From Raillietiella orientalis (taxonomy: Eukaryota): a DNA stretch of 64,000 nucleotides. The position numbers were made by a program, and so were the translations under genes. Shown piece by piece: positions 11,640 to 24,247 of this stretch. Location: assembly GCA_036172245.1 (NCBI GenBank), contig JAYWIR010000008.1, positions 2,294,001 to 2,358,000 on the forward strand, in the 5' to 3' direction. The notes under the pieces were generated by a model. The model did no database searches. It was given only the letters and a program-made list of their open reading frames with translations, and was not told the DNA's origin. The first letter of the stretch is position 1. Each line of letters begins with the position of its first letter.

Positions 11640-12640
11640 TAATCAAACTCTGTGCTCACGAATCTGATAGCCTTCTTTTGTTCGGTGCGATTGCGCGTGA
11701 GTCTTCCATGCTAAAAAAAACATCGAAAACATTTCGTATCCAATGTCTGAAAGCAGTGGAAGGGTGACAAATGGACCATATTTGCTGAAGGCGGCGGTTC
11801 CTGTCAGCACGGATTGCCACGCGGACGTCATGTGCCTGTTATTCCCTGACTCTCCAGGCGCTCCAGGAACACACGAGGAATTTTCCTCGGGCTCAAATGC
11901 ACGTGTCTTCTGGGCACACGAAAATGTGCACAAAAGACACTCTTTCCTAATTAATTCAACGCTTGTGCTAATGTAATAACGAGCATTTGGATGTAACTGC
12001 ATTTTCAAACAGCGAAGGCAGAATTTCGAATCCAATGTACTCTCCTAGTGGGAAGGCAGACGGATGACATGAGATTGCGATCTTGGACCTGCTGCAACGA
12101 AATCCGGACCATCTGTGATGATGAATTGCTGGGTGTTAACACCGGATGAGAGATTTCCTTGTGAAAGATAGAAAATGCTGGATTGTGTGATTCGGAGGGC
12201 TTAAAACCCTTTTCGTACGGTAGGCTCACATCTTAAGCCCAGTTGACCGGGTTTTCCTCCACGAGTGCCAGAGGAAAATGACAACTTTGCATGGTCGTTA
12301 ATATGTGACCGGAACGACGGACGCGACCTTGGAAGAACGCAGCCCGCGCTTGACGGCTTAGAAATGAATGGATACTTTGTCTGGAAAAAAAAAAGTGAGC
12401 TAATGGTTGCACTTTATGGCGATGGTAATCACGATAGACTGCAGAAGGCACGTTTCTTCGAGTGATACTGAAAAGGAAAAGAGTAACCGTCCTCAAAAAC
12501 TCACGCTCCTTGATGAACCAGTTTCCAGTATCTGGCCAATTCGTCTGCATCCCCACCATTTTGAAGTTTACCTTTCTCCAACGAGTCTCAAACAGAGCTG
12601 TTGCTTGAAAAATCAAGGGGAAGGTAAAGCAGACTTTCAC
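11640..12640 (-). mobile_element. L1/Tx1-type ORF2 C-terminal remnant
   Basis: LSRQARAAF..., VNWA*DVSLPYEKG (W..LP..GG-like), then a Cys/His region. Confidence 0.45.
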
Positions 12641-12649
12641 CCATTTACG

Positions 12650-13228
12650 GACGGGGAATTCGCGTTCCCAAATGGCTTAAGGCGCGGGGCGGTGGAATCG
12701 TTCCCGCACATGTTATTGGACATGGAGGACGCCTCCAGGAAGTTGGGCGGAGGCTGTCTTCAGCGCTCCGGCACCAGGAAAACGCGGCCAAGGACTTGCT
12801 GCGGGGATACTCCGTGCGAAAGGTGGAGTCCCGACGGGCTCCGAGCTTGCAGCGCCGGGCTGCATCCGCCCCATCGTCGCCGCCCGCCACGTGCTTGGGT
12901 CTCGGGTGCAGCGAAAGGAGGCCGCCGCCCACGTGAGGACGGCTGCATAGTGGCCCCGCCTGGAAGAGGGCGAATCGAAGATCGCCAGCATTCTTCTCGT
13001 CGGTCTTCGGCGAGAAGGGGAGGGCATTGCCAGAGACGCCTGTCCCCATCCTACGTCTTATTTATTTATTTATTGTCTCGCTCCCTTCCACCCCGGACTG
13101 CCGCCGCAGCAACCCACCTGCGTGTCGGCGAACTCTCCCCTTGAACTTCTTTGTTTTTGTTTCGGGAGCTGCATTCCCGACTTTTTATTAAATAATCCTG
13201 AGTAAATGGGTGAAAAAAAAAAAAAAAT
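12650..13228 (+). mobile_element. Short 3' fragment of the Tx1-like family with an A tail
   Basis: Degenerate CG.VESFPHMLLD motif. Ends ATTAAATAATCC...TGGGTG followed by an A run at ~13213-13227. Confidence 0.55.
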
Positions 13229-13352
13229 CATTCACGCTCAATTGAGCATATTCCTTGTATTAGTGTGCGCGCATGTTGCACATTATAAAATAATGTGCAT
13301 GCGTACAGATGGATGTAAATGTACGTACCAGGCAGGCCTCTTCAGGGATGAG

Positions 13353-14105
13353 GAGCGAGCTGCTCACAATCCCTCCGGAGAAGGTGAAGTGGTTCCCAGC
13401 GTGCTGGAACAGTGATACCCTCCCCCTCAAGGGACAGGAGTTGCTGGTTTTGCATTGGGGAATCCCGTGCAAAGCGTGCCTGCATCATTGGACACGGGGG
13501 AGCATGGATGCCAATTGTGAAAGGTGCGGCGAGAAGGAGGAGACCTTCCCACACCTTCTGCTGGACTGTGCTGCCTCCGACCCCTCTGGAATCGCTTAGC
13601 AACGACCCTTGGAATCCCGTTGGACGGTCCTAGGGACAATTTCAGATGCCTCCACGTGCGTGCCGCTCTGCCGCCAGCCGCGTCGCCTAGCAGTTCTCTG
13701 CTGTGTCCGCGGAATTGTGGCAGCCTGGAACGCGGAAAGAAGAGGCCAGAATGGCAGGGAGGCCACTTTTTCAGTACCATGACGAGATGACCCACCTGGG
13801 TAACATACGAACTTAACTTGTCTGCATCCTGGACAGGACGCTGAGGACGCCTCGCAGCGATCCCTTCCTTCCCCTCCCCCTCCCCGAACCTTCCCGAGGA
13901 AACTTTACCTCCTTTTTTGTTTGTTTGTTCTGTTTCCCCTTCTTCCCCTTCGCCGCCGAAGTGGACCTCGACGGTCTTTGTACCGGTACTTGGCAGGTTC
14001 AACGCACGTGGTAAAACCTAAGTCTCTACCGCAGACTTGTATTCCTTATTGTACTTTTATTATTATTTTAATAATAGCTGCCTGGGCAGAACCGGATGGA
14101 AAACC
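13353..14105 (+). mobile_element. 5'-truncated Tx1-like non-LTR copy with a 10-bp target-site duplication
   Basis: CERCGEKEETFPHLLLDC zf-RVT and the family 3' end. CAGGGATGAG flanks it at 13343-13352 and 14106-14115. Confidence 0.75.
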
Positions 14106-14338
14106 CAGGGATGAGTCGCGACGTGATCCTCACACGTTTGCCTCTAGTCGAGCATCATGAAATCCGTCTTTCTGGGAGGCACATCCTCGTTTAAGATGTT
14201 CCTGATTTCGGTCGCTTATCGAGAGGTGCATTCGGTCTTCCAGTTTCTCTTACTACCTGGAAGAAAAAGCGCTGAGGTTCGTCTTTCGGTGGGAGAATCG
14301 GCCAGGTGCGTTTTCTCAGAACCAGCTAGCTATCACTT

Positions 14339-14400
14339 GAGTACAGTACAAAACAGTAAAGGCGAAGGATTCTTCACCTTTACTGTTTTGTACTGTACTC
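14339..14400. repeat. 62-nt near-perfect hairpin
   Basis: GAGTACAGTACAAAACAGTAAAGG-c-GAAG-gatt-CTTC-a-CCTTTACTGTTTTGTACTGTACTC: 24 bp + 4 bp stem, one mismatch, 4-nt loop. Confidence 0.9.
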
Positions 14401-14699
14401 GGGAAAAAGCAAAAAAAAAAAAACATACAAAAAACGTAACCGATGGTTTCTGCTGCTTTTGCTTATGTTTTTGTTTTTTTTTTTGAAGCTTTCTGGCAGT
14501 TCTGCATGTCTTTTGATATTTCTTTAAATCTTTATACAACTGGTTTGAACGCCCGGGGGCTTGTTCAGACCACTCACTCGAAGGAAGTTACGAAAACCCG
14601 GTGGATGCCCACTGGATGGCCTCTGCATACGCAATCGAGGTGTCGATTCAAAAGATTTGATTCAATGATTCAATATTTTCATTGCCAGTTCGGTTTCTA

Positions 14700-17230
14700 A
14701 GAAACGATCTTATCATCGCAAGCTTCAGTCAGGCATTTATTATTAAAATAAAAGTCATACAAATTTACAATAATGTGGTCGGTTCGTGCGCAAAACTTTC
14801 CAAGACCGGTCCACGGACAGGCAAGGCCCGTTTCCGCGGAGGCGGGAAAGGAAAAAAAACCTCAGAAAAAAAAAAACAGAAAAGGAGGAAGAGTTTTCTG
14901 GGAAGAAGGGGGAGGAGCAAGGGAAGAGATCACATTTCGCCGCGAGACGTCCTCTGCATCCTCTTCAGGATGCTGACAAGTTAGGTATGTTACCCAGGTG
15001 GGGCTGTTTGGAGGCGGTCTTCAAGAAGACGGACGCCCAGTGGCGCTCCAGGCTGTCCCGTTTTCGCGGACAGAGCAAAGAACTTCTAGGGATGCGGCTG
15101 GGGGTAGTGCGGCACCGCGCGCGAAGAGGCGTCTGAAAATGCCCATGGGGCTGCCCACCGGGACACCTAGGATCGTCGTGAGGCGATTCCAAAGAAGTCG
15201 AAGGGCGGCACAGTCCAGCAGAAGGTGTGGGAAGGTCTCCTCCTTCTCGCCGCACCTTTCACAATTGGCATCCATGCTCCCTCGTATCCAATGATGAAGG
15301 AACGCTTTGCACAGGATCCCCCATGCAACACCAGCAACGCCAACTACTTTGGCAGGTGAGGCCATCTTACAGCCGTCCTCATGAAAGCGGCGGCCATTCT
15401 GGTGGCCTTCCTTCTCTGCGAACGTGGCTCCAACACATGGTGGACTGTCACCATGGCGCGGAGGCAGCATCTCCTTATCATCACTGTGCCCATCTTCAGA
15501 CAGTCTCGAATGAAGAAGTTCTGCAGCAAGTCTGAAGAGAGGGGGGTCCTGCAGTCGGCAGAGCAGAGGGGCGAGTCTCCGCCACGTACCCTCTAGGGCA
15601 CCACAGTCCAACAGGTGGTGTGGGGGTCATCCCGTCTCCCAGCCCCTGTAACAGCTCGGGGAGGCAACTCCTCCGGAAACCGTGATTGATTCGTCGATTA
15701 CACCGGCAATCCCCAGTGCACAAACAGCAGGACATCCCGTTTTCAACGGAGGGGAAGCACGGAGCTTTCCCTTTCCCTTGAAGGAACAAGTCAAGCGTCA
15801 GTTCGTCCGATAGTCGCAAGGGTTACTGGGATGCAGAGAACCGAGGAAGACGATGTCCCGCAAGAGCTACGAATTCCAAGAACGCACACGAAGCAGCTCT
15901 GCTTGCCGGGAGAGCGGAAGGATTGCCGAGAACGGAGGCAGTCCAGGATCCTCGCCATGTCGTCACGTCCCGCGCATCTTCTTGCCCTGTTCGCATGAGG
16001 TCGTCTCCGCTCACCTCCGCATCGGTGGGTGCCGGCTCTTTTTGGCCTTCCACGTCGAGGGCTGTCCCCCGTCGGGAGGAGGACGTCTCGATTTACCTCG
16101 GGGTCCGATAGACGTGACGGCCATGTTGGATGCTGCGGACAACCCCGAGGCTGCTCATCTCGTCGAGGTGAGAATTCGGGTGCCTCCGGCTCCCGCATCA
16201 CCTCTGCACCCAGGGGGATGCCCGGAACAACTGAAGAGTCCAGCAGGAGGACGGTCACCTGGACGCCTGTGGTCCGGGTCGACAAGGGGATGTAGTCTCC
16301 TATTCCTCATGCTCCCTTCCCGGAGCGCTCCCGGACGCATCGAGGGTGCTCTCGAAAGGAGGTCGGTCTCGTATTGACCACAAACGTTCAGGTGACCATC
16401 CGAAATGAATACTCCGTCCTGACCATCCTGGAGTAGGGGTCAGTGGTCGGACATCTGGCACCCCCGAAACGAAAGGGGAGCAAAGCCGTGGGGCACGATA
16501 TTAGGGAGGAAGGACCTACAAATAAATAGGGAGTGGGCTGAGTCGGTCTCACGGCAGCGATCGCGCCTCCTGAAGGTCTGCGTCAGGCAGGGACAAGAGG
16601 AGAAAAATGGGGTGCTGTCGCAGATTTCGCATGGGTCAGAGTACAGGGCCTTCGAGGGTCTCCGGCATTTGCGTCCCAGTTTGGTCCCAGCTCGACCTGC
16701 GCCTTCTCCTTTCCCTCCCTCCTCTCCTCCTTGAAGTAGGTCGGGAATACGGAAAGACGAATCTTTGTTCTTTTCGACCCTCCTTGAAGGTGGGGTCACG
16801 ACGGCTCACCAATGCTGCTGCCGCGGTCTTTTTCGGAATCGTCGCCTAGGGACAATCCTGCTCCCGTCTGCTTAAGGCCCATCCCTGAGGTGTGCTCGGA
16901 GATCGAGTTCCCTGAGACGAATTCGAGGAGATGGCTCACCAATGTATCCCAGATGCAGGGATTCGATCTTTCCTCTTTTGCAGGATGCGGTGCAAGAGCG
17001 CGTGTGGCCTCCGCGGACAGTTCGAGCACTCTACGAGAGCGCTGTTTCGCCCGCATATCCCTCTTCCCTAGGGACCCGTTTAGGGACGTCCTTCAGAGAT
17101 TCCCGAGAACGAAGAGTATCCCCTGGAGAGGGCACAACTAAAGAGGACAAGCAGCACCGGTTGGGAACCTGCGCCTAGCAACGCCTTGTTGCTGGTGTCA
17201 CGCACGAGACACCTGTCCCGCGCATTTTTC
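14700..17230 (-). mobile_element. Internally deleted Tx1-like element (EN-RT-zf remnants)
   Basis: SDH-like endonuclease end (~16440), PRGCP (QGCP-like, ~16140), RDDM (YADD-like, ~15960), CERCGEKEETFPHLLLDC..LW (~15190-15270), family 3' end at ~14712-14750. Confidence 0.7.
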
Positions 17231-17550
17231 GTGCTTATAGAAATAGGTCAGAAGTGAAAGCGTGGACCATGGAGAAATGGAAATTTGGGGATGGTCCACG
17301 CTCACATGAGGTGCAAGTGGATCCTCTCCGGTTGACTGCAAAGCGTCTCATGGTCCAGGCTGGGGACTGGGGTAATCGACGAAATTCTGAGTGTGCCTCA
17401 TGTGCCAGCTGTTGTACGTGGGCGCGACCCTGGAGGCTACGTACAATGGCGTTCCTAATGAGGTTGCAGTTGGTAACATCTTTGCATACGTGAAATGAGA
17501 TCCGTATCCCTTATCATATTATTATTATTGCTATTATTATTGACTACTGT

Positions 17551-18378
17551 TACTTGAGTTCGGTTCAAAATCCCGAAAGATATTAAAAGTAAATACATAT
17601 GCTTATTATATAAACTAATATATAAATTTTTATATAGATTAATATATATCATAATGATTATAAGAATAAATGTACATGCTTACTATATAGAGAGATATAG
17701 ATTAATAAACAAATTTATTTTAACATGCATATTTATTAATATAATTAGCAATATGTATTAGTGTATATTAAGACTATAAAATATAAATATATGTGTATAT
17801 TATGTGCAGTGATGCTTGTTTACATATATAATAAGTATATATGAAATGAATATATAAATATCGAATTATGAAAGGGAAAACAGTGGTGGCAACAAAGAAT
17901 AGTGGAAAAAAATAAAAAAGCAAAAAAAGAAATTTGGTACTTCGGTTCCCTGGCATTTCCAGCACTCGAGAAAAGAAACTTCCTCAACAATTGGTGAATT
18001 CCATTTCCGGCATTTTGATCCTTCGATAAATATATATGTTTATAATTCCATATTCATACATTCATTTCATATACATTTTTTATATACGCAATATATATTA
18101 ATAGATAACAAATAATAGCATATATACTAAATACGTAATACATATTACAAAGATAATAAAAGTAAATGTGTTCATTATATATATTGATGCATATTTATAC
18201 ATATATTTTTCCATATGCAAATATCTATATATATATCTTAGTTAAAAATTATATTAATAAATATGTGCGTTAAAATGAATTTGTATTTTAATCTGTACGT
18301 TAATCTACATAATAAGCACATATATTTGATTTTTATAATCTCTATCCTATTTATTTTCAAGATCGTTCTGGGCTTTGA
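17551..18378. mobile_element. AT-rich foldback/MITE-like element, copy 1
   Basis: Imperfect terminal inverted repeats (CAAAATCCCGAAAGATATTAAAAG vs reverse-complemented CAAAGCCCAGAACGATCTTGAAAA). Inverted arms carry an AAATACATATGCTTATTAT-like subunit. Unrelated central segment at ~17868-18026. Confidence 0.5.
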
Positions 18379-18824
18379 TGAGCACTTCTGTTATTTGTGC
18401 CTTGTCAGTTGCTCGCTAGGCATGGCCCTTTCTGTCTGCTCTGGAAGTCTTTTGCACCTCTTTCCTGAGCTTCCTTTCCCTCTTCCTTCTGACTTTTGAG
18501 AATCCCCGCTGCTGTGGCAGCTGTCCTCTCTGGCAGCACTTTTTGCTTCTCGGTTTCCTCCTTCTGGATCGCCTCGACCCCGGGAGAAACCCCCTTTATC
18601 TCCCGCTAGTTGGCATACCTCCTACGTTCCCTCTGCTTGCTCCGACAGCCTGCTCGAAGAAGAAATAGGACTGCGGCTGCGCGCACGATCTGATGAAGTG
18701 CTCCCGCTGGTTGCACCACCAGCATCATGCCCTGGGGCAGGCACCAACACCCAAGTGTCCAACACTCTTGCAGCCAATTCAGAGCACTGCTGGCTACCGG
18801 TAGCTTGCTCGTACTCCCCGGGAG

Positions 18825-21330
18825 TTTCCACCCAGTCACGTCGGGAGGCATTTATTGTGAAACGTAATTCACAAATGAATAGCTTAAAAAAATATGCATA
18901 TGAAAAGTCATTCCTTCGGAATAGGGTCTGCAATCCCACTACGTCGGCAGAGGTCCCGGAGGCGTTTACTGCACGCAAGCAGATTGCCTAGAGGTCCGCA
19001 CAGAAAAAAGAAAAGGGAGGGAACAAACCAAAAAAAAATTAACAAAAAATTGGTTTTCAAGGAGATTAGAGGACAAGGGAAGGGATCTCAGAATCCTCAG
19101 AATCCTGCCTAAGATGCAGGCAAGCCCCTCCCTCTGCCGTGCCAGTTGCGGCCATCTTGTTGTCATCTTCAAAAGGGAAGACACGATCGCGATGGAGTCC
19201 TTGTTCCTTTGACCCCTTCCGGAGTATCTTCACGCCGCCGCGTGAGGCATCGCGTCGCTCGTGAAGAGGCGTCTCGGAACGTTCTTCGGGTTGTCCATTG
19301 CAGATCGCGGCGCCCTATCGAGACGTTCCCACAAACCCCGGAGGGCAACACACTCCAAGAACAGGTGTACGAAGGTCTCCCTTCCACCACACCGGGCATA
19401 GTGCGGGGCCGCCCCCCTTCCCTTACCCAATGCAGTCAACCGACGGGCTGAGACCTCGTAGCAGGAGCGATGGAAATGGCCAGGCAGTGGAGGATGGACC
19501 AGCTGACGGACACGGGGGCGCCCAGTGTCCGCGCCAAAAGCAGCTGCTCTGCTGGACGGAATAGCTGCAGATTCCGCCATCGGAGATCGTGATCCTTCTG
19601 GACAGCTCCGTGCTCCCCCCTCGGGTGGCAGCACGAAGAGGCTGTGCTGTTTGACATCGCTTGACGAAGCGGTGCGTCTCCCCGAGCCACGGCAGCTGCG
19701 GGCAACTGGACACTTTTACGCACCTGTTGCTGAAATGCGGTGACCTTCGGAGCGCGTGGAAACGCCTCGCGGCTGCTCTACTCCGTCCCGCAGACACCCC
19801 GGAAGAGCTGCTACGGCGCTGCTTCACGCGGGATGGGCTTTCGCCTCCTTCCCCGGTCGTCTGATCCTGTGCTGCTCCAGGAGGATCGTGAGGTCACGGA
19901 ACATTGAGGGGGAGCGCCAGCAGGGAAGGAGGGCCACAAGCCCCGAGCCCGCAGCAATGGGGCATGAGGCCAGGTCGCCTGTGAAGGATGCCAGGGTGAG
20001 GGAGGACGCCGCTTGCATCGCACGCGAGTTACAGAAGAAAATGCGGGTGCGACTGGTGACCCCTGTCCCTTTCCCTTCTTTGTTATTTATTGATTGTCTC
20101 CTCTCCTTCAGCCTCCCTGCTATTCTGTGCAGCCGGCCTGCGAGTCGGTGGTTTTTTTCTCTTTTCCCCTCCCCTTTGAGGTTTCAGAACCGCCTGGTGG
20201 ATTTACTCGTCCAGGCGGCCTGTTTTTCTTTTTCTTTTCTTCTTGGAGAAGGAACGTCCCGGCACAACCAGGTGAAGATGGCGCCTGCGTGCACTGCAAG
20301 GGGCAGTCCGGCGCAGCAGTTGCCCACGCCGAGCCCTGCCGCTTCAGGGGAAGCGCGGAGATGTCCGGAAACACCACGGGGACCTCAAGGTTTCCCAGGG
20401 GAATTCCGGGCAGACCGGCCCAGCGGAAGGGTCTTGGAGTAGGCAGCAGGTTGACGCACGCCGTCCAGCATCCTAATGCCTTTTCCCTTCCTGAGATTTC
20501 GCTGGCGATCTCCCTTCCCGCGGGTCCGTACCTCCCGGGAGCGGCCATGGATGTTTGCTACCCCTGGGATCTTGGCTTCCTCGCCCATCGTCACTAGGCC
20601 GACGCCTCCCCTTGCGAAGTTCTCGCACGTGTGGTGGTTCCTAGATTCCACGTGTTTCCACATGTCCTCCGTGTCGGAACAGGTCATTCCACGCTGCCTG
20701 CCTGGAGGTGCGGATTCTGATTCCGGACATGGATGCTCTCGTCGTGGCGGATTCTCCAGGCAACAGACGACCGTCCGGAGTGATGATGCCCAGCTCTTCT
20801 GGTGCATTCTGTCGGCTGTTCACAGCCCGCGTGGATCTGCTGGCACGCGGAACGATCTACTGGATCCTCTCGGAGCCGTCGTATTTCCTGTACAGCCCAA
20901 GGTAAAACTATCTTTGACGTTGCTGATCCTTAGTGACCAAGTCTTAAAGGTCACCACCGTCTTTCACCCCAGGGCATCATGGGAGCATCCTCCCGCAGAA
21001 TTAGCAAAACTTCCGGCTTATTCGGCGCGTGCCCGGTTGTTTGCGTTACTCCCTAGAAGTCGCCGGCAGGCGCCATCGCCGGAGGAGGCGCAGCCAAAAA
21101 TGCCGTGTGAGACGCGCGCGGCGTTGCCGCCGCCCCTGGCATGGCTATCTCCACAGGGACACATCCCCCTGAGGCTGGCGCGCGTCCATGGACCTGTCCT
21201 TGCGCCCTGTCCCCGGTTAGCCTGGTAGCCTCCTCCCAATCGTAGCGCGAAAAGAATGACCTCTGCCGACTCCAGCCTGACGCTGGTTTCGTGACCACAG
21301 TGAGGCCACGTAGGCTATTTCTGTCTTGTT
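18825..21330 (-). mobile_element. Decayed Tx1-like element with a nested opposite-strand 3' fragment (~19640-20250, +)
   Basis: Minus strand: TPDGRL (PGPDGL-like), GKGD, DCPL, RCGGRETFVHLFLEC..LW, 3' end at 18825-18856. Plus strand: SCGQLDTFTHLLLKC..AW. Confidence 0.6.
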
Positions 21331-21345
21331 AAGCGTGAGTGTCAT

Positions 21346-22225
21346 TACTCGGGTTTGGTTCCAAATCCCGAATATCGAAGTCTCGAAAGATCGTTAAAGA
21401 TAAATACATATGCTGACTATATGGATTAATATATATATAATAAGGATTATAAAGATAAATACATATGCTTATTATGCATATATATATATATGCGAATGTT
21501 TAATACAATATGTATTTATAAATATAATATATATGTTTAATAAATATACATATTTAATATATGCTTATTGTACATGTAAATACATAAACTAAGCATATAT
21601 ATTTATTTTTTGTAATCTTTAATATACATCTTAACAATATATCGAAACGCATTGATAATTACATTAGTAATACGTATGTTAATAAATATATGTGCTCAAA
21701 TAATACTAACGTTAATATTATATATCTTAATAAATATGTTTTGCAAAGCAAATTTGTATATTAATTTATATGTGTATATATATATATATTCGTCGCCAAT
21801 CTTGTGCTGCTCCAGGAGGATCGTGGCGTCCCGGAACACCGGGGGAGGGGAGGAAAGGGCGTCAGAAGGGAAGGAGGACCACATGCCTCAACTCAAATTT
21901 ATATATATATATTAATATACAAATTATATATATATAGCATATTATATACATATAATATCTTCAATATATGTATTGAGCATGCATATTTATGAACATTTAT
22001 TAATATATATATATATATAAACGTATTAATTATATGTATGATATTTGTTAACATACATATTAATTTATATATGCTCAGCACGAATTTGCTTTAGCATATA
22101 TATTTATTAAAATACATATTATTAAATTTAATATTACTTGAATATTATGTGTTGATATTATTTTATATATTTATTAGCAATACATATTTTATGATCCTTC
22201 AAAGTTTCGGGGTTCGGGACTTTGA
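21346..22225. mobile_element. AT-rich foldback/MITE-like element, copy 2
   Basis: Left end ACTCGGGTTTGGTTCCAAATCCCGAA matches copy 1 (ACTTGAGTTCGGTTCAAAATCCCGAA). Right end reverse-complements to CAAAGTCCCGAACCCCGAAACTTTGAAGGATC. Same subunit as copy 1. GC-rich core at 21791-21893. Confidence 0.55.
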
Positions 22226-22229
22226 TCGC

Positions 22230-23850
22230 CACGGCCATTGTTGGGAGTTCCTCTTTGGAGTCCTTCGTGACCTGAGAGTCCTCGTTCCTCGTCTTGGGGA
22301 TTTATTTACGGGCGGCATGCAAATTCGTTTTCTGGCAGTTCCTCTGCTGCGGCGAGCCCTTGGGATGCCTTCCAGAGGTTCCCGCGGTCGGGGGGGGGAG
22401 GGGAATTGCGGGCGCGGCGCTGACTGGCAAGACATGCATCTCAGACGGAAGATGCATCGACGGGAAGAGCGGTCGCCAAGGAAGGCGAAACTTCGCTCGC
22501 ATCCTGCTTGGAAAGGCTCGATAGGGGCAGCACGACTCCGAACGTGCATCGCCTCTTCCTGCCCCTGTCCCCCCATCAAGGAAGGCAAAACCATTCGAGC
22601 GTTCCACAGCGTCGTCGCGGAGCACCTTGGAAACCTCCGTCCGCCGATCTGCCTAAGAGGAGACGAGGATTGGCGGACGAATTCCAACTGGACGTCGAGA
22701 GAACGAGATGTCGCCAGCCCATCTTTTTTTTTTGGAACGAGGACCACGATGTGAACGAACGAGGTGAGCTGAGGAAACACTCAAAACGCTGCCCAAGTAT
22801 TCTATTGGTCCCCTCGTCTTAAACTTTTTTCACTTCTTGTAAGTCTCTGGAAATCTGTTTTTTTTCTTTTTTCTTTTTTTTTTTTGTCCTCAGGCTCTCT
22901 TGAAACGGAAAAATCATCGTCTTGGGTAGGGAGGGAAAGCATGCGATCAGTGGTCCTCGTCAAGTCGGACCCTGGGATCTCCCTCTTCTCCGTCCGCATC
23001 AGCAGCCGAAGGAATTTTGAACGGAGAAGAGCGGAAGTGTGAGGATGTATGTTCCGGAGGGTAACATCTTTCCCCCTCCCCCTGCTCCCGAACCTCCCGT
23101 CGGTCGCTTCTGCGAGCCCGAGGTCGCACGGCCGGGTGGCTGCGCTTGGATCGGCGCGTTTGGGAAGTCGGACTGTCCGACGCGTCGGCGCTCGCAGGCA
23201 AGGCGCGTGGGCGCTCGCCTCGGGTGCTCCTCCTGCTCGTCCCGGGAGGTGCACGCCCCGCAAGACGCCGCTGCTGCTGGCTGGAGCGTGCAGCGCGCCC
23301 TGGGGGCTCCCGCAGGACCGGACCTTTCCCAACGGAAGGCCGTGGGACTGAGCGAGCGGGGGCAGCGGGGTGGGACCGAAGGAAACTGGACGTCGGCACT
23401 CTTCCCCTCGCGGATCAGCCGGGGGGCGGCTGGCCTTCCCTGGGTCCGCCGCTGTGTGGTGCCACCTCGCGGAAGCGGAACGGAAATGCTGGAAGCTGCC
23501 AGGAGAGGATGCTGAGCGAGAGGGTTCTTCACTGCCGGCCCTCAGGGAGACCCCTCGCGAGCGGACGGTTCTTCGCGCGCCCGCGTCTCCGAACTTCCCC
23601 GAGGAGGCGAGGAGCCCCGGCCCCTCTGCCTGGAGCCTGGCCCGCGGCGGCCATGCCGCCGCCGCTCGCGCGTTTCGGAAGCGACGGAGATGCCGTGCCG
23701 GTCCGCTTTCTCGGAGCCGGATTTCCTCGCGCCCTCTGACGGAGGAAGGGGACGCCAGCAGGTCGAAAGCGTCCTCTTCTCCGTGCGCACCGGAAGTGCG
23801 GCATGCCGTCTCCCCCCCCCTCCTCTTTTTTTCCTTTTTTTTTGTACCTC
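22230..23850 (-). mobile_element. Decayed Tx1-like remnant (ORF1 knuckle and RT pieces)
   Basis: IVVLVPKKKD (LIPK.D motif) and PIEPF, with an upstream SCGAC knuckle-like region. Confidence 0.4.
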
Positions 23851-23953
23851 CTGGAAGCGAACGGTCCCGCGCGCTGGCGCTCCCTCTCGGAAAGGCCACC
23901 GGACGCTGAAATCTGTTTATCATGTGCGGAAATGCAATAAAAGTGAAAGCTGA

Positions 23954-23955
23954 GG

Positions 23956-23980
<25 letters not shown>
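23954..23980 (+). repeat. (GGC)9 microsatellite upstream of the candidate spz3 first exon
   Basis: Read directly from the sequence. Confidence 0.9.
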
Positions 23981-23987
<7 letters not shown>

Positions 23988-24217
23988 CAGAAAGGAGGTC
24001 CATAGGGTGCGAGTCGGAGGAGGTTCGGATTCGGCGCGCGTCGTTTCCGGTGCTCCGAGGTGAACGACGGAAGATGTGCCAACTGCAGGCGGGAGGCGAG
24101 CCCTACGATCACGTTCCCTCGTCCCTTTCCGGGGACCCCAGGTCCGAACTGCTGGGACCTATCTACCTGAGGCGCGGGGTGATGCCTGTGGCGCCGGTGG
24201 TGCCGTGGCGCACGACC

Positions 24218-24247
24218 ATGCTCCACGGAAAGTTGGTGCAGCTGCCG
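24218..24247 (+). CDS. spz3: Candidate first coding exon of spz3 (MLHGKLVQLP); alternative in-frame ATG at 24182
   Basis: ACCATG context and a GTGAGT donor in phase 0. Joined to 34883 it gives the signal-peptide-like [21 protein letters not shown]. It lies 10.6 kb from the next exon, so this is unproven. Confidence 0.45.

Noticed and set aside
22802..24226. 474-aa minus-strand ORF and other long ORFs (29858-30862, 40390-41376, 57853-58851, 59165-60331, 60775-62028)
   Set aside because: R/P/G/A-rich with no domain motifs, as expected from stop-codon scarcity in high-GC DNA. 60775-62028 is an off-frame shadow of the zinc-finger exon.
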